DNA of 64,000 nt from Phoronis australis (lineage: Eukaryota; Animalia; Phoronida). Both the position numbers and the translations under genes were made by a program. The notes under the pieces were generated by a model. That model saw only the letters and a program-made list of their open reading frames with translations, did no database searches and was not told the origin of the DNA. The stretch spans positions 1-64,000 of the forward strand of contig NMRA01000862.1 of assembly GCA_002633005.1 (NCBI GenBank). The letters are read 5' to 3'. Of the stretch, positions 37,466 to 49,442 are shown piece after piece. Every line of letters begins with the position of its first letter. Positions within the stretch are counted from its first letter, which is position 1.

Positions 37466-37629
37466 GCGGCGTAGTAGGTTTGGCCACGTATTTTACGCTC
37501 ATATGCATACCAAAATGACGCTGTGTGATGACGTCGTGAAACGATACCAGTCAGCGCGTGATTGCGTTTCTGCTCAAAACGCGAGCGTTCTGAAACATCT
37601 GTGCTTAAACAACCAAGACATGAGAGACA

Positions 37630-37839
37630 ATGGCATCAACAGTTATTTGTTGCTTTTTATTGCTTGTCACGTCAATGATTGGCAGTATGGGTGCGCGGTG
37701 TCGATTGCAGCCGTTATCGACTTTTTACGGAATGTCTTCAGACGACGCGACACTACCAAACTTTGGAAGGAGATCTTCTGTATCTTTGGACATTTTTCCC
37801 CCAACGTACTTCGCTGGAAAGCCCGTTTCCACTATTTGT
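37630..37839 (+). CDS. NIDO-sushi gene exon 1 (signal peptide + NIDO N-terminal region)
   Basis: MASTVICCFLLLVTSMIGSMGA hydrophobic leader; DDATLP..SSVSLDIFPPTYFAGKPVSTIC matches the NIDO N-region (DD.SS..I.L..PF.FFG..Y..LY); donor TGT|gtaagt, phase 0. Confidence 0.75.
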
Positions 37840-37869
37840 GTAAGTAGATTTAGATTTAGCAAGTCAGGT

Positions 37870-39035
37870 AGCCAGCCAGTTAGCTGTATGAAAACCATCG
37901 TCAGCTAGGTATCACTGTGTGTTCAGCTCCGAAAAGCCTCGAAAATGCACACAGCCAAGGTAGTTGTGCTCGTCACCTCGCCGTGAAACTCGTATCAACA
38001 TGTAGAGCTAAAGACTGGACGAGGTGCAAGCAAAATCTTCGAATCTAACAACACTCTCCTTGCCCGTTACAATCGTTTAAGTGAAAACCAATCTAACAAA
38101 CGTCTTTATCTTGCTTGATTCTTCACCTTTTGTAACAATGAAAAGTATTTCGTCGTTTTGAAAACAGTGCGCTCGTGTCACGCGCACGTGCCATTTCCCT
38201 AAATTTTGCGACATCTTTCAGGAGATGAAAACAGCTTCGCAGCCATAAAATTGTTTCTGAAATTCGGTTTGCTGGTAATAAAATGCTAAAACGTTGTAAC
38301 TAAATGAAACCAGTTTCTATAACTTTTTGTGACATCTACACGACTTCGTGGAAGAAGAGCAATTGATTGAAGAATTGGCGAAAAAAGAACCCAGCCAACA
38401 GTTGACATAATATTTCATGGCGCCAAAAGTCGACGTAAAAGATTGCTCCACTACTTCAGTAGCAGAGTAACGGTAAAACACCAATTTTTCCAACACCGTT
38501 AAATCGTTTATTTTACTCAACGAAGGGTGTAGTTTTTAATGACAGTAATTTTGTGTCAGATTTTATCTGGTCAGTTTTTACCCATACCGATGAAAAAGCT
38601 GTATATTTAGTACATGTATACAGCTTTGCGTCACGGCTACCAGTCAGCTAACTGCATGAAGACTATTGTCAAAATACAGCTGAAACCACTGTGTACTAAA
38701 CCTCGAAATTTCACACAGCCCGAGTAGTTCTGCGACTCACCTCGTTATGAAACTTACACAATGTTACATCGTCAGGTAAAAATAACAACCGGCGGGGATG
38801 CTTGCAAAATTTGGGAATCAATCGACACTCGCTTTGCCCGGCGCAATCATTTAAGTGAAAACAATGTAGTATCGTCATTTTCTTGCATAATTCTCCGCGT
38901 TTTGTAACAAACAAAAGTCTTTCGTCATTTTTGAAACAGTACACTCGTGACACGCGCACGCGCCATTTTCTATTTTTGTGACATCTCGCGGGATATGATG
39001 GCAATTTAGCAGCACTAAAATTTATTCTGAATGTG
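37870..39035 (+). mobile_element. Helentron/Helitron-like non-autonomous repeat, one full copy (37870-38627) plus a head-to-tail partial copy
   Basis: 5' agctgtatgaaaaccatcgtca; core ctcgtg.cacgcgcacg.gccattt; 3' hairpin aaagctgtata..tatacagcttt; restarts at ~38645. Confidence 0.65.
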
Positions 39036-39459
39036 ATCATAGATTATAGACAACAGATTCGCAACTCCGGCATATCCTTACGTGCTGAGTTGAACTCTCC
39101 TGACCTATCTGCTGCAGTTTCCGGTCAGTTTATTTTGACGAGAAATACTTGCATCTACTTTACTGTCCAAAACAACGAAAAAAACATTAATTAATATTAA
39201 TTTCGGCATTGAAACGCTTTTCAAAGTGTTTCAATAGTAGAAGTGTTGGTATTATGAGTACTTTTGGTTATGCTACTGGTAATTGATTACAAAATTCAAA
39301 CTTAGGTGCCGACTGATTATGTCGTCTGCTTGCCCAATAGCAGCATAGTTATCGGACAGTTTTTGATTTATGGTTCACATAGGCCTACTGAGAAAACTAC
39401 GAAAGCATGTTTATAAATCAGCATTCTCAAGTGAGCAATTCTTCTGGGAAGTGTTGAGT

Positions 39460-39516
39460 GGTCCTTAAAAGGGCCGTTGGTTGTAGCTATAGCGTGAAAT
39501 GGTTCTTAAAAGAACC
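39460..39516 (-). promoter_or_regulatory. Two tandem histone-mRNA-type 3' stem-loops
   Basis: Minus strand reads caac-GGTTCT-TTTA-AGAACC (39516-39501, perfect 6-bp stem/4-nt loop), then caac-GGCCCT-TTTA-AGGACC-ac (39475-39460, one mismatch), then purine-rich agaagaa ~14 nt downstream. Confidence 0.7.
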
Positions 39517-39526
39517 GTTGAATAAT

Positions 39527-39850
39527 TCAACATAAATCACACAGTATACCATGCTCACTCAAGTACTGAAGGTCCTCTCCATTCAAGTTTCCATCTGGGA
39601 AGGTTGGATGAAAACAGAGAAGATGGCAATATCGATGACAGTTGTATCACCTTATATAAATGTTACCGTTCTCCAACGTTATCACGAACTCTGCCTTTCT
39701 CAATTCTTGTTCCTGGACTCAGAAGTAGCCCTGAACCATAGGGTAAAAAGATATGGCTACGAAAACGAATCAAATTTTGAAAATCATCGCCTTCGTCTGA
39801 TTACGTGTTGCTGTCGCCACACTGTTGTTCCTCCCCAACATCAATGTCGA
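39527..39850 (-). pseudogene. Small intronless PHD-finger-like reading frame with two in-frame TGA codons
   Basis: From the ATG at 39739: MVQGYF*VQEQELRKAEFVITLENGNIYIR*YNCHRYCHLLCFHPTFPDGNLNGEDLQYLSEHGILCDLC-stop, giving [*]x2Cx4Hx2C...Cx2C; an acidic segment lies upstream in another frame. Confidence 0.5.
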
Positions 39851-41733
39851 AAATCTACGTTACAAGTGATGGAAATTTGTGTCCTTTGTTTCTAACTTTT
39901 AAGTATCGTGCACGTGTGCACTGTAGCAACACTTTGTATCTTATTCTTATTTGGCCAATCTGTTGATACAGTAAATTTCCTTATTTATGCCCATCCTGAT
40001 TTGACAGCAACTTGAGCTTGTTGGGTTCTATCATATATTGGGTTGGCATTGGGACCCACATGATGCTTACTCGAATGGGCTTCATTTTCCAAGTATTTCA
40101 AATTGAGGTGAAGTAAATAAACAAAGTGGGTGATTATCATCACCAGAATTTCATCATTTGTATCTTTTGCCGGGTGCTCAAATTTTCTGAGACTATGGAA
40201 TGTCAGATTTGTAAGGTAGAAGTGTTTCGCTGGATTTCCAGGTCTGTGGCGTTATTTATGCCGGACCAAAATTAAAAAACAGACCTTTGTTTAAATCAGG
40301 AGCTGCATGATACACATTTATTAGACGTGCGCAGGCGATGCACTGATCACTTGGAACCATTTTTATGCTTTATTAATGTATAGTTAAACCAAGCTGAGGA
40401 GCTTGAAACCTGATTTACGGTAATTTTTGGCAGTCGTATTTTCTGAAAAATGCTCGTAAGTTGACAACAAAGTTTGATAGCAATGCACTGCAGTTTTGAA
40501 GAAACTCTGTTCATAGGTTACAGATGCGTCACAGAGCGTAACTTTGATGAATTCTAGCTTACGATTTCACCTGTTTCGAAGACCAGGTTTCAACCACTTT
40601 TGGGCTATAATAAGTGGATTTTTCTAAGCACCCTGGCCGCTTATTAGGGCGCATACGGTAATATTTCAGAAGGGCAATACTTAGTATCCTTTATGCACGG
40701 GACCCTTATGTTACAACAGGAGTGGGATTGGCTCATTATGTACCCTACATGTGGCATAGGACTTTACAAAACTGGTTGAAGAATTTTGTTTTCGTCATGA
40801 ACGTTCGTTTGAAAGGCTTAAGTTTAGAAATGTTAGGACTTGAACATTGAAGAATAAAAACAACCTTTACACCCCTCTGGTGTTCCTGTTCCATGTTTTC
40901 AAAGAAGTTGGTTGCATTTTCATAGACTGCAGTCGAGAGATTTTGTGCGGCATATATTCGACATGAAATGAGTGTGTAACCTGCTGTTGAATTGCGAGAT
41001 AGATTTTGACTGGCCGGGTGGTTATTTATGAAGTATTACTGTAATCTTTATTTATGTTAAAGGTTTTACCAGCGTTCTATTTATCTGTACACGAATGTGA
41101 ATTTGTTGAAATCGCTGATCCAAATCCTGGCCAAATGTGCGCATTTTGCTGAGACAAACCGTCTGATCAGGGCCAGCGAAGAGTAATTTGGTTAATTCGC
41201 TCACTAGGCTATGGCTGAACTTCCTCGTAAGGACAAGAGTTTACGAAGAAATTTAGCGGATAATCTACGTCAAAAAGTTTACCAGATAGTTTTCATCAAA
41301 ACGGAGAAAACAAAATTGGATTTGTGAAGACAGGATTAAGTAGTAGAGTCCCTTAAAAACATTCATCTTCGAAGTGCCTTGAACAAATGTATAAAGTCTT
41401 ATTGCTGAAACAACTGCCATTCACGTTGACTCAAGAAGTAAGGTTTTCTTCCCACTGCCGATTATGGGGTCTTAGGATGGTATGGAAGCTAACTCCTTTG
41501 CATTTCGCTTGTGTGGCCGAACAACCGGCCACACAGTAGCCGACCATGATTAGCAGACGGCGTACTTGCCGGAAATTGCACCAGATAATTTAGCTAGGTG
41601 TCGCCAGTTAATAATGACGTAAAGGCTTGTGCGCAAGGTCACAGATTTCGTCCATTGAAAGTATACGGAGATGGCGGTCCATGTACTACAGTCTATGATG
41701 TGATCGAGGAGCGGATAAATTTAAGCTTGGTAC

Positions 41734-42165
41734 AAAGCTGTATACTAAATATACAGCTTTGCGCCGATGTGGGTAAAAAGTGGTAAGATAACATTTGACA
41801 CAAAATTAGTTTCATTAAAAGCTACAGTCTTCCTTGAGTAAACCAAATTATTTAACGGTGTTCGAAAATTGGCGTTCTACCGTTATTCTGCTGCTAAATT
41901 TGTCGAGCGATCTTTAGCAACGGCTTTCGGCGCCATGAAATATTGCGTCACCTATTGGCCAGTTTCTTTTACCGAGTCTTCAATCAACTGCTGTTCTTTC
42001 AAGAGGGTGCGTACACGTCACGAAAAATTATTGGAACTGGTTTCACTTCATTACAAGTTTTTAGAATTTCGATACCGAAAAACCGAATTTCAGATCAAAA
42101 TTTGCTGCTGCGAAGTTGTCGCAAAAATTAGGAAATGGCGCGTGCGAGTGACACGAGCGTACTAT
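41734..42165 (-). mobile_element. Helentron-like repeat family, inverted partial copy
   Basis: Perfect hairpin aaagctgtata-ctaaa-tatacagcttt (41734-41760); the body is the reverse complement of ~38165-38627. Confidence 0.7.
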
Positions 42166-43633
42166 CAAGGAGTGTACTACTACAGGATAGTTCACTCCGC
42201 AATTTTACCATTCGCCGCAATGGTTACCGGTCTAAACACTAGTTAGGAGCGCAGTCCGAACAATCTAAACACTGATAAATTCATACTTATATGACATTCA
42301 ACGTGCAATAAATTACTGTGTGATTGAAAATTGTTAGAATACATAAACTAACATCCACATGAGAAAGAAAATGTGTGTATTAATCAATATTAAAGTGAAT
42401 TTGTTTTTATTCTCTTGGAGCTCTCTTCAAAATCCATCATGGTTTTGTTTCATGTTTGAGTTCTTAACACGGCAATTCTCGTTCCTTATAACAGTTCATA
42501 CATCCATGGACTACATAATTTGAATGATTGCCCCTGGGGATTCATAGGGGAATTCCCCCAGGTGCCAGCTAGCAGGGGGTATCAGGCAAAAACCAGGTGG
42601 GCGCCAAATGGGTGTTGACCCCCTCAAAGGGTTTTCACATGGGAGGAGTGCTAAACAGGTAAAAACCAATAGGTATGTATACCACATGGGTGTTGAGCCC
42701 CACCCATCGTCACACATTTTGGTTGCTCCCCTGACCATCGACAAACATGTTGCTCCCAGCTCACTGCTGGTTTCATCTGCACCCAACAATTTCGCATGTG
42801 TTCCCTATTCAATGCACCAGGCTACTAGCAATGCAGACAATTATTTTGTGCAGTGGGTGTTACACAAGTGAGAAGAAGAAAGCAAGGCAATTCATCACTA
42901 CCACAAAATCGTAATACAATTTTAGAACATTCCATTATTTCTTAGACATGCCAGTATAGGGCTCAATCCCACTCTCCCACTCACCAAAAGTTACAAGTTA
43001 CTTGCTAATCTGTAGAATACCTCACAACTTACAAAATGAAGTAACATTGAGTATATCATCACTCGTCATCGTCAAAGTTCAAATTTCATGACAAAAATTA
43101 AGAGGTACTGAACAGCAATCAAAATTTTCACTACCAAAAAAGACTTGGATGATAAAACCAAAATTTTATTTTATATACCCACTGTTCCTATTATCAAAAA
43201 CAGTAAATATTTCAGGTAAGTTAAAGCCAGACCATGAGGTCACACCAGCAACAATTCTTCTTAAATTCGGTTTACTGACATCAAAAGTCTAAAAACTTAT
43301 AATGAAGTGAAACCAGTTCCAATAATTTGTTGTAACGTGTACGCATCCTCGTGAAAGAACAATAGTTGATTGAAGAATCGGTGAAAAAGAAACTTGCCAA
43401 TACATGTTGGTGATGCGATATTTCACGGCTCCGAAAGCCGAGGCAAAGGATCACACCACAATTTAATTTTATCAGCAGAATACATGTAAGGGTAGAAACG
43501 TCATTTTTCCAACACCGGTAAATAATTTAGTTTATACCACAATTTTAGCCTTGAATGGCAGATACAACCGTGTAATAACAAATAAAGTTATCTCACTAGT
43601 GAGATAACATTTTGGCGGGAAACCGAGGCCGAA

Positions 43634-44783
43634 TAGCTCACTTGCGAGTTTCTCGTTAGTCAATGTGACGTCACCGGAAAAGGGGCAAAACCCGCCATAT
43701 TGGTCTTGTTTGGCCCCGAGTCTTTGCTACACACGCTAAATTTTACTGAGTTCATATGGTGAATTTTACGCTTAAAACGTTAACACAACTTAAAAGATAG
43801 TAGATGGATCGTGGAATAACTGTGAATGGACGAAGAAAATGTGAACTTGTTATGTTGTGCGAAGCTGTGAACGGACTGAAATTGGAACTCAACCCGGTCT
43901 AGGCCTGAATGCCGCAAGCATACAGGAGCGATAGTTTATCCCCATAAAAACTTACTCACTTCAAAATACAGCAAATAAAATCAAATGAAACATGCATATG
44001 TGCACATGGACTTATAATTAATTAACACATACCCTGACTCTGGATACAATTTAATCTACAAATAACTTGAACCTATCCATGAAAACCTCGCGGTTCGCTC
44101 AAGTTTCTCTCACAGGGCGCCATTTTGAGAAAGTTACGTGAAATCACGAACAATAAGTCCAAAGAAAACAAATCTTACAAATTCACTTGATACGTTCTCA
44201 TGTTATTTTGCAAGTGTCACGCGCCAGGTCTCGCGCTTCACTCAGTCTCGCGCTAGCCTTTGCCTCATACTCACCCGACAAGTTGAACTACTTTGTGGTT
44301 ATCGCGCGTGCGGTTTAAGTTAACAGTAACCACAATGTGGAGTTGGAATTGTTCGCCAAAGTCACCTGAATTCCCGTAGCTATGCTTCTTCGAAGATATG
44401 TTTAGAAGTAGAAAGGACAACTGGAGAAAGTAAGCGTCTTTTTAGGTGACAATTTTAGATGTAGAATGTATTTTTGACGTGGTGAAAACTTAATCAGTAA
44501 GCGGATTTCGCCTATCGCCCGTTTAAAATACACGAAACGAAATTAGTACAAAACGCGATAGAACGTATTGTAGTGCGAATCTGAATTTCATTTGCCATAA
44601 CAGCAATGCTTGTTTGGCATTTTTCGAACTAAACGGCCAAAAAGTGGAAGAAAATAACAGAATACACTCTGCTAACGTATTGGGCAAATGAGCCAAACGA
44701 CAAGCTTTTGCCCCACTTCCCGTGACGTCACAGTTAAGTCTCACGTAATCTCGCGTTATTGTTATAAACTCGCAAAAGGACTA
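43634..44783. mobile_element. TAG...CTA-terminated MITE (Academ-like)
   Basis: TIR tagctcacttgcgagttt / aaactcgcaaaaggacta; subterminal gtgacgtcac.ggaa..ggggcaaaa inverted at 44706-44731. Confidence 0.6.
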
Positions 44784-45351
44784 TTCGACCTCGGGCCTCA
44801 TAGTTTCGAGTCGCCGACTTTACCACTACACCGCTCAGCGGCTGACGACATCTAACGTGAAAATAGAATACTTAAATGAGCACGCGCAACAATTGCATGT
44901 TCAACAAAGGACATTGCACCGACATTTATACGCTATGAAAAATATGACGCATAATTTCCATAAAGACGATATTTTAATTCAGTGATTTTTTTCTCTCGTG
45001 TTCTCTCACTTGTAAATCACCGATCTCCAATCTGAGCATTATAGTCAGTTACTAGTGGTAACCTACTTTAGCAGACTATATTTTCTCGGTCGAAGCTTGG
45101 CGTGATAAAATGTGTAGTAAGCTATAATAGTTTCTAAACCTTAATTTATAGATTCAATTCATTTCTATTTTGTTTAAATTTCCAATTGGTTTTGAGTATA
45201 AGTAATATTTGACAAAAATAGCTCGGCTTTTCTTAAAAGGTCACGACCTCCGACCTCAGGCCTCTGACATAGAAAGTAGTTACAAAGCCGAGGCGAGTCG
45301 AGAAAGGTAGGTGGATTCAGTGCAATGTTTCTCGTTTAGTATGTGGTATAA

Positions 45352-45474
45352 ATAGGTTATTACATGTTGTCAGTCGTTATCCCCCTTATCTAACGCCCCT
45401 CGGGCGATAATTCTCCAAAATCCACTCGGGCTCTAGATAACGAGGGATAACGACTTCGCCATCTAATAATCTAT
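45352..45474. repeat. Imperfect long hairpin (inverted repeat)
   Basis: ataggttatta.atg..agtcgttatccc..ttatcta..gccc pairs with gggctctagataacgagggataacgact..catctaataatctat. Confidence 0.7.
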
Positions 45475-47055
45475 ATTTACTCAAGGAAAAATAGTTTTTA
45501 ATGACAGTATTTTATCTGGTCAGTTTTTACCCACATCGGCACAGAGCTGTATATTTAGTATACAGCTATAATCTTAATAAGGCTAGCCATTGGATAACGC
45601 TATATCTCATGTCGACAACGCATGAGTCGCTCCACAACTTTAGCAATAAGAATAGCAGAAGAACGCCTATTATTCTAACACCGGTATATAACCGTAGATT
45701 TTAATGACACTAATTTTGTTCCAGATTTTATTTGGCTAGTTTTTATCCACAACGGCGCTAAGCTGTATAATCAATATGCAGTTCCGCACCAAGGCTTTAA
45801 CATTTACCTTGCTCACGTACATGTATATAACAGTATTAAGAAAGCCCATCGCACCTTCGGGGCTATTACTCCGGCTAAAATACAACAAAAATTCATTTTC
45901 AAAAGTCATATATGTATGCTGTAGTGAATCTTATCAAGGAACGCAATGCGCACCATTCACTCGATTAGCTTTTACTCATTTGTCTACGAAAATATCACAT
46001 CCACAGCCAAAGACCCTGACACGCTTCTACCTCAAGCAAAATTTTCAAAAAGGGACGTTAGGTATAATCAAGTAGAAACAGTAACTATTTCAGGCATTGG
46101 GAAGATGAAAACTTTAACTCTCCTTTGTATTATTGAGTATGCTGGGTTCTAATTTTGTTGCCAGGTCTCGAAATGTACACGCGTGGGTGCGATGCGTTTG
46201 TGTGTGTATGTGTGCGAGCATGCAGGATTTAGTGTTGCGGTTATACATATCAGACTTGCATATCATAGCAAATATGACCAGCAAACGATGAAATTGTTAT
46301 CACATGAAATAATTGTCTGCAAAATGATACGGGAACATAACTGCACGAAAATTACGCCATTTAAAAGGACTTCTTCGCCGAAGATTCGATGTTTTAGTGT
46401 TCGTTTGATACTTCGCAATTTTCATCTTTCAAAAATTTTAATTTTGTCATGACTTGAAGACCAGATATTGAGATTAGTGTATAAATTAACTTTCAAAATA
46501 CTTATCCAGAAGTTTTGATCAGACAAGATGTAGCAGTAAACAAGCAAACGAATTAAGATAGCTTTTGTTGGTTCAATATATGACTTCCGAGTATCATCCG
46601 AAACAGAAGTTTTTAGAGACAAAGCTTAACAATCGTGAGACTTACGTCAAAAGATCACAGAGAAATTCGATTGCTTAAGCCGATAAATTTTGGGTATGTG
46701 AGAAACAGTCTGAATTGTGTATCTTGGACAGCCGGTCGAAGTAAGTATCATATGATGTGAAGGACGGAGCATTTAGTTTCTTATAAAGTACCAAACGTTC
46801 AATAAATCTATATTTGGTTTCGAGAAGTGTCACACACAACTTTAGGAATCACACAAGTCTCTCAAAACTTCAGGTTATCTCCACAGTCCTGTTCCTTAAC
46901 AGTCGCTCCACAGCTACGATTTACTTTAACACCCGTGAGCATGACATGGCTGCAACAATACAGCGTAACCGTTGAACCCAGTACAGTCCTGTTATGTGAC
47001 ACCTAACTGTTGTTTGTCCTTTATTGAGTTACTTACTTCCCGTATCGCTCAAGTT

Positions 47056-47057
<2 letters not shown>

Positions 47058-47095
<38 letters not shown>

Positions 47096-47120
47096 CCACA
47101 CATGCACACACACACACACA
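47058..47120. repeat. (CA)n microsatellite
   Basis: Interrupted CA run. Confidence 0.95.
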
Positions 47121-48028
47121 AATAATTCAACAACAGCTCTGGAATACATGTCACATTTTTGCAACTGCTCTAATTGCGCACGTTACTCATACACAAAGCC
47201 GCACCGTATCAAACCATAAGCAGACTGAACATCCTGCCTACATGTACCCGCTGGTTGTATACAAAAGTATTTTACATTCCAAAGGAACATAAAAAAAACG
47301 AAAACAATATGCAGGGACAGCTTTAGCCATCATTCACCAAATAGTGTCATCACATTTTTGACAACATATAAGTACCAAGTTTCCAAAGTAGATGTGTTGC
47401 ATGGAAAGCTCCTTACCCTGCATTTAGTTTCAATTCCGAATGGATGATTTTCAATGTACTCTCGAAATGTATCACACCTAAAAATGACTTAGCTCTGAAG
47501 GTAACACAGTAGGAGAATGTCTGCACATATTTCACAAATATGCTGAAATGTAGGGAACGTAGTTGACTCAATATTGAGACTTTTCCATGCAACCGGCAAC
47601 AGATGTACATTTAAGCATGGACTAAAACCTACAATACAGAAATTGTTAAAATCAATGATGAGAATAAATTCAGCTCAACATTGACAATCTCTTCCTTCCT
47701 ATTTCTTGTCCACCATGCGCATGCTTTGGGTCCGTTCTTTATATCAGAAAGTCGAGTCCTTCTCATTGGCAAACTGAGCTTGATACTTAGGTATGTGAGA
47801 CAAGGAGACAAAGACTTTGAACCAAGACCTGATGATTCCAACGTGAGTGACGGAGTGGATTGTTAAAATTTTAGAGACCTCCTGTAGCCAATATGTTGTG
47901 ATGGCTTGGCTGCACGTGCTTGAACTATCTGAGAGTTCCTCCTATGGCAATTTTTGTCGGACTGGTCAGTAATGCGTCGACGTCATAATCTTCAGTTGTC
48001 TGTGTTGGACAAGGTAATTTCTGTTTAG

Positions 48029-48181
48029 GTAACCAATGATGGTACTGTGAACCTGGGGCCTTGTGGAGACAACGCCGCACCCAGAATCATGGCTCAGGAA
48101 TTCGCAGAAAGCAATTTCGGCAGAACCAGTATGGTGTATTACAGGCTTGTTAATCGCAAGAACGACTCGCCCACTATTCAG
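48029..48181 (+). CDS. NIDO-sushi gene exon 2
   Basis: tttag|GTA...CAG|gtacat, phase 0/0; VTNDGTVNLG...PRIMAQEFAESNFGRTSMVYYRL matches NIDO VNNNG.ISF...IAPFWAD....G.VYYR. Confidence 0.75.
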
Positions 48182-48344
48182 GTACATGTATGTTTTAAAT
48201 GCACTTTTATCGAGTATCCAGTACTCCAATCCGCAATTTAAGGTTTCTGTAAATAAGGTGTAGTGTACGCATGTGTACCTGTAATTGTGTGATCCTTGGG
48301 TTGAAATTTTACATAATGAGACGAATGCACTTGTACATTTGTAG

Positions 48345-48440
48345 AAAATATCACGGGACATTCTTGCGTTGTTTCCGACTGGTACCCGTTCTGTAGTTAA
48401 TGTCGCTCTCATCGCGACTTTGTGTGACGGTGAAGTTGCG
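48345..48440 (+). CDS. NIDO-sushi gene exon 3
   Basis: tttgtag|AAA...GCG|gtaagt, phase 0/0; KISRDILALFPTGTRSVVNVALIATL matches NIDO RA..DI...FP....F.A...FIATW. Confidence 0.75.
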
Positions 48441-48761
48441 GTAAGTTGGACAATTATCATTACTTGAAATGTCAACAAGACCAGCGTGAATACAACAGTT
48501 GCAGTTAATCTTAGAAAACTTTCAACGCAGAAAGCTTAAAAATAATGGACGTATTCCGTTACGAATATTTTGGAAGTGCAACTTCAGCCGGACGATCTGC
48601 AAATGTTAGTTACTTATATAGTTTGCATGAAATCTCGACGGATAACACGGGGCATTCTCATTAAAAGGACACTAAACCCCGTTTTGATGATTCCGACCAT
48701 TCTTCGTTGTGTCACTTATGCTTATGCATCATTGGCGTGAATATTGAAAGATAAAAAAGGC

Positions 48762-49150
48762 ATTTATTTATTTATTTATTTATGTAATATTTACAATGAG
48801 GGTAGCAATATCCGTTCACACTGCTTTCCATGGGGACCCGCATCAACTAATAGTTCATTTTTCCTATGTCACACACTAGACGTTATGGTCCTTTCGGTTT
48901 TGGTCATTCCCCACAGTTGTGTAGTTTGCTAAACGCCTAGGCCACGCTTGCCCATTTAACAGACACTGAAAGGAGATTTCAAATACTCTTACAATTTTTG
49001 GGATGTCGAGGGTTACAGAGCATTGGTTTGTTTCAGAGAATTGAATGGGAAAGTTGTTGTTTAGTGTCTGCGAATAATCCAAAACTGGGTTTAGTAACCT
49101 TTTAAACTCGGAATCCTTGAGAGCGTTACCTAGACAAGAAATCACGATTA
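48762..49150 (-). mobile_element. L2/Crack-type LINE 3' end fragment
   Basis: Minus strand: degenerate LDIPK....SF....AW..L tail, then gggtccccatggaaagcag...taccctc..taaata and a (TAAA)n tail. Confidence 0.5.
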
Positions 49151-49290
49151 TGCTTCACAGATTACTAAGCTATCGTAGCAAAATGGTGACCACTTCAGTA
49201 AAGCACGTACACTGTATACATGTATGAATAGCCAATGAGGCCGAGGTGCTTAAATGTGAGTTTGAATTCGCTGTTTCCGCTCATTAAGCA

Positions 49291-49442
49291 GGCTTGCGTT
49301 CAGTAACGCTAGGACCTACGCTAGGACCTAGCCAAAATCTAGCCAAAGTCATGTGTTCTCATTTAAAATACACGGCAACATCTCACGTTATCTCGCGAAG
49401 TCTTGCTTTTCAGAGAGGTCCTAGTCTTACTGAACGGGCAGC
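49291..49442. mobile_element. MITE (PIF/Harbinger-like family, copy 2)
   Basis: TIR gcttgcgttcagtaacgctaggacc / ggtcctagtcttactgaacgggcagc; similar to 57869-58011. Confidence 0.75.

Larger units (their letters stand above)
43255..45568 (+). mobile_element. Helentron-like repeat copy split by ~1.9 kb of nested insertions
   Basis: 43255-43533 aligns to 38260-38512; homology resumes at 45476 (tttactcaa) through the terminal hairpin agctgtatatttagtatacagct. Confidence 0.7.

Noticed and set aside
41869-42246. Mutually similar ORFs (38317-38520, 38711-39040, 41869-42246, 62512-62799) suggesting a gene family
   Set aside because: All fall inside copies of the same non-coding repeat, and frames and stops are not conserved between copies.
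42511-42871. Overlapping Pro/Gly-rich ORFs
   Set aside because: No recognisable domain or splice context; cannot be supported as coding.
44782-44838. tRNA gene
   Set aside because: Only A-box and partial T-arm-like pieces are present, with no complete cloverleaf or acceptor stem; at most a SINE/tRNA-derived fragment.
47966-48478. 170-aa minus-strand ORF (likewise 51748-52104 and 18813-19100)
   Set aside because: These are antisense shadows of real plus-strand exons or ORFs.
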